A program made the translations under genes and the position numbers. The notes under the pieces are model-generated. The model was not told where the DNA came from. It saw only the letters and a list, made by a program, of their open reading frames with translations, and did not search any database. A DNA stretch of 63,112 bases, the filler included, from Octopus bimaculoides (lineage: Eukaryota): the NCBI RefSeq assembly GCF_001194135.2. It is 4 parts of 4 records of this genome, joined end to end, with 100 filler letters (N's around TTAATTAATTAA, not from the genome) between each part and the next. Parts side by side here need not be neighbours in the genome. Positions count along the whole stretch, not along the records: positions 1 to 31,273 come from NC_069000.1; 3 more parts are not named here. One strand, written 5' to 3'. The number at the start of each line of letters is the position of its first letter. Positions within the stretch are counted from its first letter, which is position 1. This document shows, piece by piece, positions 13,299 through 25,829 of the stretch.

Positions 13299-13651
13299 TG
13301 TGAGTTTGGGAGAGAGGAGTGAGTGGGAAAGCCGGTTGAGTGATCTGTAGATCGGGTGGGGCTTGTGGTGTTTGTGGTGTTATGTGCTGTGATGAACTAT
13401 GTGGTGTTGGTGGAGAGGATTGCAGATGAGGCAAACGGAAGTGAAGACTGCAGGGACTGGTGGAAGAAGGACAGGCGCATGCGTGACACTGAGCATGTGT
13501 GGGCAGTTCGAGCAGAGATGGCGCATGTTAAAGGTCATGTTTTGATCTGGTCAGTGATCGCTTATCCCACCACGGTCGACAGGTAAGGTCGCTGTATTCC
13601 TTTCTCCCTTTTGCTTCTTGTTCTGTTGTCTTTTTCCTCCATCACACTACA
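13299..13651 (+). repeat. 3' LTR
   Basis: Follows the pol stop at 13296; TG start at 13299 is inferred; ends CA. Confidence 0.75.
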
Positions 13652-14888
13652 GATATCATCTATGCAATTAGTAAACAAAAACTCCTTCTAAGGAAAGTTT
13701 TAAATCTAAAAACAAGAAACAAAGGAAGTAAGAGCAGCCAACTGAAAATCTCAAGAACTGCACATTTTGGAAAACAAACATGATGCAAACTGGAGTGGAT
13801 CATGTCTTTAAAACTGACAGGTGAATGCAAAAGATATGTTTTAATCTTACTAGACTTCTTCATCAAAACATAATCTACACATGATAAAACTTAGAAGTGA
13901 TTAATATATTTAGAAATATAGGAAAAGTGATAGAATCTGTAAGTATCAACAACATAATTGATAAAAAGTAACCCCAGCAGAGTATTTTTCATACTAGACA
14001 CATACAGTAGTGTGTCACATATGTAATATAGTAAGTTGAAAATCTCTGATTAACTGAGATTCTCCATGCAATATGTAGACAAAACTGCTTCAAGGAGTAT
14101 TTAAAATCTAAAAACAACTTGAACTTTTTAATTATTGTTTAAACCCAGGTAACATTGATCAAAATACTTATCACCAAAAATGTTCCAGCAATGACCATCC
14201 GATTTTTTAATTAACATATACTATACTGTTCAGTATGTGTTTCCTTTCTTTGAGACAGTAGGGTATGATAGGAAGAAGAAGTGATACTATTACTAACAGA
14301 CTGAGTGACCTTGTAGAGGTTACCTTACTGTCTCCAACACTTTTTACTAAAACTAAATACCAAAATAACTATTTTACAGTACAGAAAAAGCTAAACAGGT
14401 AAATAAGCCATTCGGAAATGTATTCTAGTAGCACATTGACTATACACCTCTATTAATATACAAATTAATTTCTTCACTTATCTCATCAACAACATATTTA
14501 TTCATGTCAACAATAATATATCTATTCACGACCAAGTTTTTACCCAGATAGAAAATGATAAATTCTAGCACACTATTCAGAAGCATGATTTAGTGTTGTG
14601 ACAAGGAATGAGAGTGTCCTCAAAACAAAACACATCACATCCTCCACTCAAACAGTCTCACACATGCATACATCCACTCTGAGTGTCAGTCAATTGATCT
14701 ATGGTACAAGTTATCTGACATACTTTGCTGAGAGTGACAGTTGTCATCATGTTAGCATTATTTAAATTTATTGGGAAAGTGCAAGAAACCATCTTGAATT
14801 TATGAATTCAGTTTATATATTTATTGGAGACACTATCCTAATGACTGTCTTTTGAAATGATAACAAAATGACAAAATAATAAGATTAA

Positions 14889-15002
14889 CCCATTTAAATA
14901 ATTTAATACATAAAATTTAATTTTCTTTCTACAATTAACCACAATTGTAAAATTTTCTAATTGTCCAATTTTTGGGGGACACACACACTGTGCATTAATG
15001 GG
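14889..15002. mobile_element. possible piggyBac-type MITE
   Basis: TTAA|CCCATT...AATGGG|TTAA: TTAA flanks and a short terminal inverted repeat. Confidence 0.4.
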
Positions 15003-15187
15003 TTAAAGTCATATAAAAACATCAATATTTCAAATAAGAATGAAAAACACAAATTAACTATAAAACAAATTAATATATAATAAAAAAGAACAAACACATA
15101 AAGAGAAATGAAATTAAAATCAATAACTTAAAAATGAAGAACAGTAAATTAAATTAAAGCGAATTGTCATTATTCTAAATGAGAAAG

Positions 15188-15600
15188 ATGGTGAGCTGGG
15201 AGAATCGTTAGCATTCTGGACAAAATACTTTGTGGCATTTTGTCCATCTTTATGTTCTGAGTTCAAATTTTTCCAAGGTTGACTTTGCCTTTCAACCTTT
15301 TGGGTTCAATAAATTAAGTACCAGTGAAACCCTGGGGTCGATGTAATTGACTAGACTCCTCCTCCAAAATTTCAGGCCTTGTCCCTTTGGTAGAAAGAAT
15401 TATTTTATATGAGACAAAGATGGCAAGCTGGTAAATTCATTACCACAAAGAACAAGATGCTTAGTGACATCTCTTTCATCTTTTTACATTCTGAGTTCAA
15501 ACTTCCATCTTTTGGGGTCAATAAAATAAAACATCAGTTGAGTATTGAGGTTGATGTAATCAACTTTCCTCCTCCCTCAAAATTGCTGGCTTTGAAATTA
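15188..15600 (+). mobile_element. two head-to-tail, CpG-decayed SINE family B copies
   Basis: GGTGAGCTGG..GAATCGTTAGC head, GACTTTGCCTTTC..CCTTTTGGG core, ATT tail. Confidence 0.7.
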
Positions 15601-15681
15601 TTCTTTGAAAAGAATAATTTATTTTAGACATCATATCTAATACCATACATTATAAGCTATGATGTGAGCAATAGAACTAAC

Positions 15682-15770
15682 CTGTGGTGCTTGAATAGTG
15701 ATTCCAGCTGTGGTAGACTCAAAGACATGTTCATATTGTCCAGCATAACGGCTGACATCTGTAGATGTAC
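15682..15770 (-). CDS. OPLAH: 5-oxoprolinase internal coding exon ([30 protein letters not shown])
   Basis: Near-identical to the known OPLAH stretch [30 protein letters not shown]. Acceptor CTTAG, donor GTTAGT, 89 nt, phase 1 to phase 0. Confidence 0.95.
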
Positions 15771-16512
15771 CTAAGTATATAAAAGAAACAGATGTTATCC
15801 ATTGTTCTATGATAAACAGATTATTTTGTTAAAGCATAATGGATGATCTGTAATTATTGGATCAGTGAAGTCATCTCTTCATGAAATGTACATAGATAAT
15901 TTAGCCAGGCAAGAAGCATCTTGGTTAAAGTTAGGGCTCACTTACAAAAGACAACTTATCGATAATATATAACTATTATTGCTTATAGGTGTAAACTGTA
16001 CATCCTCATATCTATTTACAATTAAGCAAATGAGACTTTTGAATTAAGTGTTTTTATGAAAGACACCAATATTAATGGTATATCAGTGATCTATATTGAT
16101 GTGCCGTATTGATGGTAAATTAATGACAATGTAATTCAGTAGATCAAGTATTGAGCCAGCTCACAACTGATTTGGCTGCAGCTATCACAAAAACACCTCA
16201 TCTCCCACCTCCAAAAAGATACCATTAAGCTTTTCAATACCAATCCGGCTGCAGCCAGCAAAATGGTTTTTTGGTTTAAACAACCAACCTGGCTGAAGCT
16301 GGCCAAGTGAAGCCATTGATATTTGAATGTGGATTTCAGCACAAATCTTGCTAGTACATAAGTGAAAACATGTGATTTCACTTTGTAAATAGTTGAATTA
16401 CAGTATCCGACATTTTTTGACATGATATCTGAACTCTGTGAATTTGGGGAAATTTTTTTCCACATTTTTACTTCTGTGATTTTTTTCAACTTTTAAAATA
16501 GATAACAGTTTC

Positions 16513-18045
16513 ATGCTGTCAAGTAGTGATTCTGAATTTGAGGGCTTTTCAATAGAAGATATGGAGAAATCATGCAAATGTATGAGTGAACTACAAAAGC
16601 ATGTGGTGCATGAAAATGAATTAGATATTTCTGTATCCGAAACTGAAAGCAGTGATTCTGAAGAGAACACTGATAGCAACAGTGAAGACGAATTTGTATC
16701 TGAATGGAGTAACAAGTTAAAATCTATTTTCATCAATGATTTTTCTGAAGAGACTGGACCTACTCATAGTCTTTATCAGGAATTGAAACCATTAGATCTT
16801 TTTTCTTATTTTTTCCAGTAAGCTTGTTTGAATCGATCATTGCAAAAACAAACCATTATGCAGAATATAAACAAACTGGAAAAAATGATAGCTTGTGGTT
16901 TCCCACAAGCATAGAAGAAATACAGGCATTTTTTTGCCATCAATATTATTATGGGCATAAGACAATTACCCAGAATTACAAATTACTGGAGTAATCAGCA
17001 ACCTTTTGAAGACCAGTACATTTCCAGTATTATGACAAGAACACAATTTGTGAAACTGAACCAATAATTTCATGTGAGAGACACTAGCAGTACCCCAGTA
17101 TGTGACGAACCAAACTTTGATTCCCTGTTTATTGACTTCATCCCCTGTTCATCGACTGCATTCAAAATGCATATAAAACATTCTACAACCCTGATAGATA
17201 CCTATCCGTCAATGAAGGCATGGCGGGGTATAAAGGAAAGGTATGTTTCTGACAGTATATGCCAGGAAAGCCCAGGAAGTGCAGGATCAAAGTTTGGAAA
17301 ATTTGTGAAGCAAATACTGGGCACTGCTGTAGATTTAGTTTTTTATTCTGGGAAAAAGGACAATAATGTTAGTCAGCATGGCCTAGGGTACAATGTGGTC
17401 TGGAATTTATCACTTCCATACCATAACCAGGGCTGTATACTATTTTTTGATTGAGTTTTTTTAGTTCGGTCAAACTTGTGGTGGATTTATAAGCTGTGAT
17501 AATATATGCATGTGCTACAGTAAGTGCTAATAGAAAAGGGCTGCTGTTGGATATAAAAAAAGCAAAATTTTAAAAAAAAAGGTGAAATAATCCAATAGCA
17601 TAAAGAAAATCTGCTAGTAACTGCATACAGAGATAAGAGGCAGATAAATTTTCTATCTACCTGTGCACAACCATGTGTAGATGAAAATGATACCCTTTTT
17701 TGTGAACCTCGATTATAACAGGTACATGGGTGGTGTAGATTGGCTGAACCAAATGATGAGTTATTATCCGGTTGGTAGAGAAAGTAATAAATAGTGGTAA
17801 TACCTGGTTTGGTATATAGCAAGCATGAGCATTGTAAATACGTTTATATTATAGCAGTGCAACCATCTGCAGTTCTGAGCAGATGTAGCAATGCAGTTGA
17901 GGGCAGGTTATTCCTCCAAAAAAATAACTGTAGGAAGGAAAACTGCCAGTGGATGGCCAGTTGAAATTTATTTCCAGTATGCATCCTGCAAGGTTGCATT
18001 ATGTAGAAAGGCATGTTTTACAAGTTTCCATGACAGAAATATTGT
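16513..18045 (+). mobile_element. piggyBac (PGBD-like) transposase relic in OPLAH intron
   Basis: Acidic N-terminus SDSEFEGFS, PLDLFSYFF, IMGIRQLPRITNYWS, LFFD*, C-terminal Cys-rich CKVALCRKACFTSFH; many stops. Confidence 0.8.
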
Positions 18046-18395
18046 ATATATGTATGATTAGATTTTATAAATATTTTTCAAATTTACTTCGTTTTTACTT
18101 TTTATTTACTTGTAATTTAAATTTGCTTGCAAGGTATGTAGCAAGTTTTGATTTAATTTCTATTGTAAATCTTTATTATATATGTTCTGTGTATTCATGT
18201 ATGTGTGTGTGAGTTAATTTCAATTAGTTGATATATTTCATTTTCTAGTTTTCTTCAAAAGCAAATTCTAGTACTTCAATCTGTTCTTAAGTGCATTAAA
18301 TTCAACTGATAATCTAGTGATGTGCACAATTCTTAGATATTAAAATTTTGTTGCATACCCAATTGAATATTAGCTGATGACACATTTTCTATGGT

Positions 18396-18555
18396 GTGGT
18401 TGTCGTTAGGAAGGGCATCCAGCTGTAGAAACTCTGCCAAATCAGATTGGAGCCTGGTGTAGCCATCTGGTTTCACCAGTCCTCAGTCAAATCGTCCAAC
18501 CCATGCTAGCATGGAAAGTGGACGTTAAACGATGATGATGATGATGATGATGATG
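18396..18555 (+). mobile_element. SINE family A 3' portion with (GAT)n tail
   Basis: Matches the family A tail. Confidence 0.8.
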
Positions 18556-18961
18556 TTTAAACAGAATTTAAATATTTTAATATTTTGCTGAATTTTCCTG
18601 TATTTACCTAATTAGAGTCACTTTGAGATAAAAGTTATGCAATAGAATTGATTAAGAACCTTTTATTCAATTCTGTTCCAAAAATCACATTAATGTGTCA
18701 ATAAGTAAAAAAGTTAGTCTTTTAATGAAACTAGTCTAAATTCATGATTATTTTAGAATTTAATTGAAACTCATAAGGGGAGTGTTTTAGTTAGAAATAT
18801 AGTAACAAAAGAGTTAATTATGTGAAAAAAACAAATTATGTGAAAAATACAGATTAATGCTAAGCAAGAGAAATGATTTTTATTCACTTGGTTGACTGTG
18901 ATCCTTTTTAACAACTTTATGAAGTTGGGTTTATCTTAAACCAGACAAAAGATAAGCATAC

Positions 18962-19074
18962 CTCCCATGTCAAATCCAATAACTGGAAGATCTGATACTT
19001 TCTTGTAGGTCGTCATAGCAAAACCAACAACTCCTCCAGCAGGACCAGATAGAATAGCTCGAGCACCATTAAAC
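18962..19074 (-). CDS. OPLAH: 5-oxoprolinase internal coding exon ([38 protein letters not shown])
   Basis: Matches the hydantoinase/oxoprolinase motif SGPAGG...PVIGFDMGG. Acceptor TTTGTAG, donor GTATGC, 113 nt, phase 2 to phase 1; joins the next exon in frame. Confidence 0.93.
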
Positions 19075-20172
19075 CTACAAATATAAAAGGTGTATTCTGA
19101 GAAAATTGCTCAATGAATTATCAAGTATTGGTGAATGTTACTAAGTAAAAGATGAAAAATTCCAAGTTTGTAATGTATTAAATGATTAATTTTAAAAAGT
19201 GGAAATACACATTAAACAAGGTAGTCATAGTTACAATGTCTGGATGAAAGACAGGATGGTCATAGTTAATACCTTAGTAATTTTTTGGCTCACTTAGAGT
19301 TGACACAAGATTAAACGACAATAACTAATGCTTGCCACAAAGTGGGGAATACGGATTAGGAGGATAAATATCTACATTATAATACCTACCACAAAATTGA
19401 AAAACATTGATTTGTAATATTAAGTCCTTGGACTCAGAATTTATCAATGGAAATTTATTCTAATTGCTGAATCATATTTATAGAAGGATGAAAAATGAAT
19501 ATTAACAAATTTTTAAACATTTACTTTGGAAATTAAGAAATATGAAATGTTTTGGGGATTCATTTAAATTGCATGAATAAATTATAGTTGCATAGTTCAT
19601 GGAATTTTTTTTTTTTTTTTTTTTTTTTTTTGTATGTGTGTGTGAAATTTTTCATTTACAAAAACACAGAATTACAATATTAGAAACTACAATACATCAT
19701 CATCATTTGACGCCTGTTTTCCATGCTGGTTTGACTAGATCTGGTGAGCTGCAAGGCCATGTCAAGCTCCAATGTCAGCTTTGGCATAGTTTCTATGATT
19801 AGATGCCCTTCTTAATGCCAACCACTTTATAGAGTGTAGTGGACACTTGTTTTGAGCCACTGGTACTAGTGAGGTTGCTGTGTAATGTTGCAAGACAAAA
19901 AAAACAACAGACACAAAAAGAAAACGCTCACACTAATAAGGGGGGAAGGTGGAGGTAGGTGGCTTTATGCCATGTATTGAAAGGCTAAAGTATGATAGAA
20001 AGACAAGAACAAGTCTTGCTGTAGAAGAGATAGACGGCTGAAGGATATAAAAGGAAGGCAGTGGTATAGGATGCTAGAGCAAACTCTCAAGGTACAAGTG
20101 GATGAGGATAACAGAGAATACAAAATGTGAGTCATGGGAGAAGATGAGAGAGTGGATAGTTTCATTAGAGGG

Positions 20173-21397
20173 TGAGGGGGTTTTCATTAAAAATTTCCCC
20201 TGACCCTCTTCCCAAGGACTGGCATAAATGAAACCTGGCATAATTATTAGTCCTTCTTTACATAGCCACCCCCAATGCTGACACACTTCTTCTATCACTT
20301 TATGCAGCTGTGAAGACCTCATCTGTAGAAGTTGGTAGGCTGCGTCTGGAGCCAAGACCTTACCTCGGAAATAAGTACATCACCATCTGAAAAGTGCTTC
20401 CCCTTCAAAAAACACTTCATGGTTGGAAAGAGGTGGAAGTCAGATGGTGCAAGGTTGAGACAGTCAGAGGAACGAGGAAGGATTTCATAGCAGCAGGAAT
20501 GTACCTTCATCTGTGCATTGTGAACTGGGTCATTGCCTTGGAGGAGATGGACTCCTTTGGTCAGCTTGCCATGCTTTTCTGCTTTGATGGTATCCTGCAA
20601 TTTCTGCAGCAGAGAAGTATAAATTGCCCTATTAATTGTGGCACTCTTTGCCAGAAAATCCTTGCTAGCTGAGGGTTGGATATGTGTCTTTTTTGGAGGT
20701 GGTGACGACTGGACTTTAGTCTCATGATCAGAGTGATGGACCCATGGTTCATCCTATGTGATAAATCTGCCAATGTCCTCTATGTTTTCTTGATATATTG
20801 CCAAAAGAGCTTGGTAGCAAATGACTCACTCCTACTTCTGAGAAGGTGTAAGCATCGTGCAGACAACTTCTGCATATGCAAATGGTTGTGAATGATTTTT
20901 CCACAGATCCTACTCTTATCTTCACTTCTTGGACTAGTTGCCAAATAGTTATGCGGCAATCCTCGAAAATGACAGCTTCCACTTTATGGATGGTGTCATC
21001 ATTAATGGCGGAATGTGGCTGTCCAGGAATAGGAGCAGTTTCCACCGATGTTCAACCACATTTGAACTGGCAATGCTAGTGCTTGACTACAGCGTATGAT
21101 GGTGCATCATCATCATAATCTTCTTTCATCTCATCAAAAGTCTCTTTTGGTGTATGACCTTTCAAGAACCTGATTACTGATCTGTATTCAACTGCCTCCA
21201 TTATAACACCTTAGTCTACTCCAGCAGCTGCAAAAGACAAACAAATACTAGTGGAAAGCTGCAATTTATAATGTAACATGTAGAGACATGTATGATTATA
21301 CGTGTCTCTAGACGAAGAGACATGTATGATTATACAAGTTCCATTTCCTGCAATAACTGAAAGTGGGCCAGGGGAAATCGTTCATGAACACCCCTCA
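20173..21397 (-). mobile_element. mariner transposon, near full length, decayed
   Basis: Imperfect TIRs GAGGGG.TTCAT...ATTTCCCCTG.CCC; transposase pieces including NLAPSDFHLFP. Confidence 0.8.
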
Positions 21398-21929
21398 TAG
21401 TGATGAACAAAGGAGGAGGTGAGGTTGAAGGAAAATACTAATATGGAGAGTGGTAAGAAAGAGATAAAGGAGTTGCTCAGGAAGGAGAATAGACTAGAAA
21501 GGAGTGGGATGATGTGCAACATGTAGGAGTAGTGGAGAGGGGGAGATAGAGAGATATGTAAGAGGCTATAGTTAGTGAGGCATGATGATAGATAGGAGAG
21601 GACATTGAAAATAAAAGCAGACAAAAGAAGAGTTAAGAATGGAGTATAGTGGAAGAGAAAGAGCAGTGGCTGAAGGCACAGCAAGGTGGTGCTTAGTAAA
21701 AATAGTGTGGGTGAGGTTGATAATGAAGAATAGAAGTGGTTCAGTGGGGGTGAGGTAACCACAAGGGAGGGGATTTAATATGTGCTGATTCTGCTCTCAG
21801 GTGATTATAGTAGCGATGCAATACAATAGTTAGAGGAACGATAGGTGTTAAGGGATGAGAGCTAAAGGAAATGTTTGACAGGGCAGAGAGGGATGGGCTT
21901 CTTGAGCACAGCAAATTGCCAGTTATGCA

Positions 21930-22860
21930 CACTGGAATTGCGTTTCAAGCAGAAAATAACTAGCTTCATTCCTCTCTAGTTTTTGCATGTCCTCAGCATT
22001 TTGGGGCCCACATTGTACTACCATGTAGCATTGTTGTATGTTCATGAACATCATATAATCTGCCCTTCATTCTGAGAGAGAGAACTCTTTGTTGCCAAAA
22101 GACAAAATAGCTCTCTGCCAAATGACAAAATAGTTCTCTGAACTTTCTCCATCCTATTCCTATTCTAGCAACAGCACTTTTAGAACATTCTCCTTCACTG
22201 CTAATTAGCTCACTTAGGTAACAGAAACTATCTACTACCTTTAGGGAGCCTCCAGGGCCCTTGAGAGAATCAATTTCCCATGTATCCTAGGTCTTTCTGG
22301 CACTGTGAATCTTCCACATACAAGCACTATTTTGTTTACCTTCACATGATTCCACTGCACCTCTTTTGTGTTCACTGCTTGCACATATAGAATTCCAGCC
22401 TGCATTTTCCATACATATTGAGTAGGGCCATTTACCTTACGTGGGTAGAGTCCTATCTGTTTTCCTGCTTACTACAACTTTGGTTAAGCTAATTTGAAGG
22501 CCCTTCAATTCTACATTTTGCTTCCACACCTGGAATTTCTTTTCTGTTATAGATTCTGCAATAGTATTTTCCAGGTGCAGCCAGTCTTAAATTCCCATGT
22601 TATAGCCTGGAGCACAATGATGAATAAAAGGGGACTGAGAACTGAGACCTGATGAATGTTTACCTGTACATTAAATTTGTCACTGTACTCATGGCTAACT
22701 CTCTGACAGCACTCCTGTACACAGCTTGTATGGCTTTTGCAAGCCATTTGTCTACCCTAGCTTCCTCAGAGACCACCATATCAGAGTGAGGGACTCTGTT
22801 GAAGTCTTTGCAGGCCAATAGTAAAATATTTGTCCTGCAGTTTTCTGATCAAGAAGATAA
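21930..22860 (-). mobile_element. RTE-type LINE fragment with a PHD-like Cys motif
   Basis: IHQVSVLSPLLFIIVL..EFKTGCTW (RT) followed by GKWP.SIC...NSI.C..C..KRCSGI. Confidence 0.7.
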
Positions 22861-22940
22861 CATCAGTAGCACTTCTCCCTGGCACAAAACTAAACTACAT
22901 CTCATCTAGCCCAATTCTGTTTCTAATTAGCTGGGTACCA

Positions 22941-22991
<51 letters not shown>

Positions 22992-23139
22992 TACACACAC
23001 ACACACACACATTTATATGTTTATTTTATTCAATTTAGTTTGAAATCCTCAACATTCAACTGTACACTCCATTGTTTGTTTAAATTTGATGAGTAAAATA
23101 ATTTCAATATAGAAGCTAATAGGTAAGATTGTAGCTCTG

Positions 23140-24220
23140 AAAAAAGCAGGACATGGCACCAAAGACATGGTTTCAATGGTTGGTGTTGATCCCACAACAG
23201 TCTATAATGTCATGAAATGCTACAGTGAAACAGGTTCCATCAACAGCAATCCCATTCCTGGTGGAAAACGATCTGTAAAGATGAAACAATTAGTGGATGT
23301 CGTCTGAAAGAGAGTGTCACAAAATCCACAGTGGAGCATGAGGAAAAGTGCTAAAAGTCTCAATGTATTTCAGACAACCATGTGGCACGTCGTGCATGAT
23401 AAGACTTAAATTATAAGTCATTAAAGTTGCAACATCAACACCTAATTTCAACCACTACCCTAGCTTCCTCAGAGACCACCATATCAGAGTGACGGACTCT
23501 GTTGAAGTCTTTCCAGGCCAATAAATGTAAATACAAATAGTAAAATATTTGTCCTGCAGTTTTCTGATCAAGCGGCTGGACAGGTGGAATAAAATGGTGG
23601 AGGAGATTCAGAGCACTGGCAACAATGTCTTCACCTGGTTAAAAAAGATATTCACTGTAGCGACTATAGCGAACACCAAGAATGACAGGATTTTGGCTAC
23701 AAGGTTGGATGTGGTTCCCAAAGGTGCCTGTAAAGTGTTTCGTCAAATGAAACCCACCAGAATGGTGGTTTGGATTGCAGTGTCATCCAATATTGGAAAA
23801 TCTTCTTTGGTGTTTATTAAAGTGGTGACAAAAGTCAATTTAGCAGTTTACATGAAAATGTTGGATGATAATGTTTTGCCATGGGCGACTGAAGCATTTG
23901 GAGATAATTACATGTTCATGCAAGACGACACACCTTCTCATAAGTCCAATGTGATACAGCAGTAGTGCAGGAGCTATTTCAGCAGGTTCTGGGACAAGAA
24001 TGTGTGACCCCACTCCAGCCTAGACATCAACCCTATAAACTTTGCTTTTTGGTCCATTCTAGAAAGTGACGTTTCAAGAGTTTCCTAAAAAATATCACTG
24101 CTCTGAAGAAAGCCTTAGTAGTATCATGGGATCATTTAAGTGGAGAAGTTGTCTGGTGTTTGTGTGACTGTTCTTGGCTATCTTTGGGTGATTGTGAAGG
24201 CTAAAGAACATATTGAATGA
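23140..24220 (+). mobile_element. Tc1/mariner DD37D (maT-type) transposase relic
   Basis: KIFTV..TKND, VW.AVS, MQDDTPSH then 37 residues to SLDINPI(N); HTH-like N-terminus; stops. Confidence 0.75.
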
Positions 24221-24329
24221 AATGTATCTTAATATGTTACATAACTATATTTAATTAAATCCTAAAGAATTTGTGTGTTTTTATGCCCAATCAGGAATTC
24301 TTTACGCTATACATTGTATAGTTCAAATT

Positions 24330-24560
24330 ACAGAAAACAAAAGACATAGACAGGTGAAGGAACAACAAGCATTAATTTGATGCTTGGGAAGAATGGAAAA
24401 AGTCCTTGACGTTTTGAGCCAACACTCTTCAACAGAAAGGTTTGAGAGGAACAAAGTGGAGAGAGAGTGAAAAAATGGAGAAAGAAAAAATGTGAAGGGA
24501 TTAATGGTTTAACATGATGAAATAACTGGAAGAAAGGCTGAGTGAAGGAGAGATAATAAT
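24330..24560 (-). mobile_element. Penelope-like non-autonomous repeat relic
   Basis: Minus strand CTGTTGAAGAG..CTCAAAACGTC resembles Penelope-like terminal motifs. Confidence 0.35.
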
Positions 24561-25829
24561 GGTGACCTGGCCAAACTGGTGTGTGCAAGCACATGTATGT
24601 ATGTATGTAAGAATGGTGTGTGTGAAGGGGGTGGGGTGGGGGAAAACGCATGTGAATGTATGTGTGGGCGAGCTTGTGTGAAGCTAAGTGTAATACGTGT
24701 GTGAGGTTATCAGGTGTGTGTGTGTGTGCGTGCACGCATGCACCTATGCATGTGTGCAAACACTTGTATAGCATTTAATGTGTAGCATTTATGTTCAAGT
24801 AGTGTGTGTGTTAGTGCATGAAATGTGTGTGTGATGCTATAGTGTGCATGTATATTTTGTATGTTTATGTGTGAAAGTTTTGTGTGTTTATGCATGCTGT
24901 GTGCCTGAGTATATTGTCTGTGTGTGTGTATTGTGTGTGTTTTTATGAATGAATATTTGTGTTGTGGGAGGATGCGTGGAGGTGTAAGGTGGTATAGGGG
25001 TGATGAAAGTTAGGGATTGGGAAGTATTGGGTGCTAGTGTGTGTGGAATGAGATGTGTGGGTACTGGGTTGAACAATGTGTATGGGTGTTTATATAATGG
25101 TGTGTGTAGTGAGGGTACTGAGTTAGATGGTGTACAGGTGTGGAGGTGGAGGAGGAGAGGCAGTTAAAGGTAGGAGGTGTGTGTGAATGTGTGTAGGGTT
25201 GGTTTCAGATGAAGAGAAGTGACAAATTAAGACCATAAGGAGCAAAGGAGAGTACAATTTCAATGAAAAAATGTATGAAAATATTTTAAAACACTGACAA
25301 GTAACCATAATTAAGAAACTCAATGTGCAACAGACATGAATTATGAAAAAACTTTTTACTTATTTAGTTAAACAGTTTACATTGAGAAAAATATCCATGT
25401 CCTGCATTATGACAACGTAATTTGTTGTCCGCATGACTGGCCCCTACAGTGTACCTCACTGACTGAATTTCCTTTATTTGGCATGCAAGCCGTAACACAG
25501 AGGGAACAGCACGAGGACAGACAAAACACCACAGTAGGGGCAAGAAACACAGAACGAATGAATAAAGGATGGATAATAACAATGAAGATGAAATGGCTCG
25601 CCTGCTCCCCACTTGCAGGCAGTATCATTTAAATGTTTTTCATTTAACCTTTATGAATCAGTTCTTTTTTTCCTCTTTTTTCCTTTTTTGCATCTGTTTT
25701 TACAGTCATTTAAAATATTAAAATATTTACTTACTTTTCTTTTTTTCTTTTTACCATTTTACCAGCGGCAAGTCGTCAAACTCAACACGTATCTTCTTTC
25801 CGAACAGTTCTTCTAGTTTCTCACATCTC

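Larger units (their letters stand above)
9843..13651 (+). mobile_element. Ty3/Gypsy LTR retrotransposon (decayed, partly gapped) in OPLAH intron, antisense to host
   Basis: Paired LTRs ending CTACA. Domain order: gag with CCHC knuckle (CFRCQGPH..C), protease ALVDTG, RT mostly in N gap, RNase H WCDAS..HINVAELDA, integrase HHCC and DNG..F/ERHH. Confidence 0.9.
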
